Of a DNA stretch of 42,749 nucleotides, positions 40,771 through 42,749 are shown in pieces. This DNA comes from an uncultured Gammaproteobacteria bacterium. GTDB lineage: Bacteria; Patescibacteriota; Microgenomatia; UBA12405. Below the pieces are notes generated by a model. The model made no database searches, was not told the DNA's origin, and saw only the letters and a list, made by a program, of their open reading frames with translations. Position numbers and translations under genes: made by a program. Each line of letters opens with the position of its first letter. The first letter of the stretch is position 1. The stretch spans positions 13,469-56,217 of the forward strand of contig CAYRYK010000002.1 in NCBI GenBank assembly GCA_964428535.1. Reading direction: 5' to 3'.

Positions 40771-42749
40771 ATGGAACAAAACCCCAACGAAATTACTACT
40801 TTACAACCTGTTCGCAAAGTTCTCCCGTTAATTCCTTTGCGTAATATTATTCTCTTTCCTTCCGTTGAAACTTCACTTTTCTTTGGTCGTAAAGAATCCA
40901 TGAACTCTCTTCTTCACGCTTACGACAATACCAATAAATTAGTCATTATTACCACTCAAAAAGATTCTCGAGTCGACAACCCCGGTATTAATGATCTTTA
41001 TAATGTTGGTGTTTTAGCCAAAATTGAACATGTCCTTCAAACCGACGGTAATCTTCACGCCATTGTCAAAGGTATTTCCCGAGTCAACATTGTCAATCTT
41101 CTCAAAACTGACCCCTTATTTTTAGCCGAATATGTCGATTTGCCCATTATTCCTGAGCCATTAGCTGAGGTCCAACAATCATCCGAAGCGTTATTAAGTC
41201 AGCTAAAAAAAGCTTTTGCTATGGGCCGTCAGCTCGATTTGCCTGCCATGATGCAGCTTAGCAACGGCGTTTCTAGCAGTGACTTGGCCGATCAAGTCGC
41301 TTTTTCTCTTGACGCTAAAATGTCCGAAAAACAGGGATTACTTGAAACTCTTTTAGTCAGTCAACGTCTTAAGGCTGTCACTGAATCACTCATTCAGGAA
41401 ATGAAAATTGCCGATCTTGAGCGTTCTATCGAAGAAAAAACTCAAGAAAAATTTAATACTGGTATCAAACGTAATGTTCTTGAAGAACGTAAACGTCAAA
41501 TCGAAAAAGAATTAAAACGTCTTGGTCAATCCAGTGGTGGCGAATTTGACGATCTCGAAAAGAAAATCAAAAAACTCAATGTTTCCAAAGAAATTCGTAA
41601 AAAACTTCAAAAAGAACTTGACCGTCTGATGGAAATGGGTTCTATGGCTCCCGAAGCTAGTTATATTAAAACTTATCTAGAGACAGTGGTTGAACTTCCT
41701 TTTGGTAAGTATTCCAAATCCGATGTTAGTTTATCCAAAGCTACTAAAATTCTCGATGAAGATCATTATGGTATCAAAGATGTCAAAGAAAGAATTCTTG
41801 AATATTTAGCCGTCATCCAACTCAAAAATAAAATTAAATCCAAAAAGAATGAAGACAATTCAGGTACTGCCAACATTCTTTGTTTTATTGGCCCTCCGGG
41901 TGTTGGTAAAACTTCTTTAGGTAAATCTATTGCCAAAGCTCTTGGTCGTGAATTTGTTCGCGCCTCTCTTGGTGGTATTCGTGACGAGGCTGAAATTCGT
42001 GGTCATCGCCGAACGTATGTTGGTGCTATGCCTGGTCGTATCATCAAAGGTCTCAAAGATGCCAAAACTATGAACCCGGTTTTTATGCTTGATGAAGTTG
42101 ACAAAATTGGTTCTGATTATCGCGGTGATCCTTCCTCTGCTTTACTTGAAACTCTTGATCCCGAACAAAATCGCGAATTCAACGATCATTATGTTGATTT
42201 TCCTGTCGATCTTTCCAAAGTCTTTTTTATTTTAACCGGCAACGATATATCTACTATCCCAGGTCCACTTCGTGATCGTCTCGAAATTATTAATTTCTCT
42301 GGTTATACTCTCGACGAGAAATTTAATATTGCCAAAAAATATTTAGTCAAAAAAGAATTAATTGCCAACGGTTTAACCAAAAATGATATTACCGAAGTTA
42401 AGGATGAAACTCTCAAATATATTGTTGAAAAATATACTCGTGAAGCCGGTGTTCGTAGTCTTGACCGAACTATTTCCTCACTTTTCCGCAAAGCTGCCAA
42501 AAAAATTGTTACCGACAAAAAAACTCCAATTGATTTAAACAATCAAATTACTCTCAAAAAATTCTTGGGTCCGGAAAAATTTACTGCCACTCTCAAAGGT
42601 AAAAAAGATGAAATCGGTGTTTCTACTGGTTTGGCTTGGACTTCCGTTGGTGGTGATATTTTGTTTATCGAAGTCAACATAATGCCCGGCAAAGGTCAAC
42701 TCATTTTGACCGGTAAACTTGGCTCTGTTATGAAAGAATCTTGTCAGGC
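40771..42749 (+). CDS. lon: ATP-dependent Lon protease, 3' end cut by window edge
   Basis: N-terminal LON domain (LPLIPLRNIILFP) and AAA+ Walker A GPPGVGKTS. RRTYVGAMPGRI, and Walker B FMLDEVDK. The frame is open to the window end. Confidence 0.95.
   Translation, partial: MEQNPNEITTLQPVRKVLPLIPLRNIILFPSVETSLFFGRKESMNSLLHAYDNTNKLVIITTQKDSRVDNPGINDLYNVGVLAKIEHVLQTDGNLHAIVKGISRVNIVNLLKTDPLFLAEYVDLPIIPEPLAEVQQSSEALLSQLKKAFAMGRQLDLPAMMQLSNGVSSSDLADQVAFSLDAKMSEKQGLLETLLVSQRLKAVTESLIQEMKIADLERSIEEKTQEKFNTGIKRNVLEERKRQIEKELKRLGQSSGGEFDDLEKKIKKLNVSKEIRKKLQKELDRLMEMGSMAPEASYIKTYLETVVELPFGKYSKSDVSLSKATKILDEDHYGIKDVKERILEYLAVIQLKNKIKSKKNEDNSGTANILCFIGPPGVGKTSLGKSIAKALGREFVRASLGGIRDEAEIRGHRRTYVGAMPGRIIKGLKDAKTMNPVFMLDEVDKIGSDYRGDPSSALLETLDPEQNREFNDHYVDFPVDLSKVFFILTGNDISTIPGPLRDRLEIINFSGYTLDEKFNIAKKYLVKKELIANGLTKNDITEVKDETLKYIVEKYTREAGVRSLDRTISSLFRKAAKKIVTDKKTPIDLNNQITLKKFLGPEKFTATLKGKKDEIGVSTGLAWTSVGGDILFIEVNIMPGKGQLILTGKLGSVMKESCQ

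Noticed and set aside
1-42749. Alternative genetic code (code 25 or 4, as in Gracilibacteria/Absconditabacteria or Mycoplasma-like organisms)
   Set aside because: Conserved genes are full length under code 11. TGA terminates several well-supported genes, and Trp positions are TGG.

Overview
Gene-dense, AT-rich bacterial chromosome segment, roughly one-third GC by eye. It has a minimal housekeeping gene set, PT-rich secreted proteins, a reduced RNase P RNA and mostly Shine-Dalgarno (SD)-poor or leaderless starts. It uses the standard code, with TGA as a stop. This is most consistent with a Candidate Phyla Radiation (CPR)/Patescibacteria genome, but that is inference, not proof. Core genes recognised: miaA (5' partial), AI-2E transporter, rnpB, secD, secF, cca, recJ, aspS, DD-carboxypeptidase, gltX, trmD, GT2-GtrA fusion, sugar nucleotidyltransferase, Erm-family rRNA methyltransferase, tRNA-Gln(CUG), dus, trxA, rlmN, obg, nadE, era and lon (3' partial). 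There is also a cell-surface cluster: LTD protein, VanZ, TasA-like, SipW-like signal peptidase, TasA-like, CAP. Main non-routine observations: (1) A ~1.1 kb GC-rich, ORF-free, helix-dense island (about 26270-27388) with its own intrinsic terminator, a candidate large structured RNA of no class I recognise. (2) A family of hairpin-plus-AAGGGTTTTG mini-repeats inserted in-frame into four tRNA-acting enzymes (miaA, cca, trmD, dus). One 31-nt perfect copy pair is read in two different frames. (3) A GIY-YIG gene bracketed by 14-bp duplications of the tRNA-Gln 3' end, followed by a small accessory island. (4) A compositionally foreign, strongly SD-driven, translationally coupled two-gene cassette between era and nadE. 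(5) A foreign-looking 57-aa Cys-rich ORF. (6) Two copies of a 4x CTGANNNN octamer array. All functional calls come from motif recognition by eye. No searches were run.
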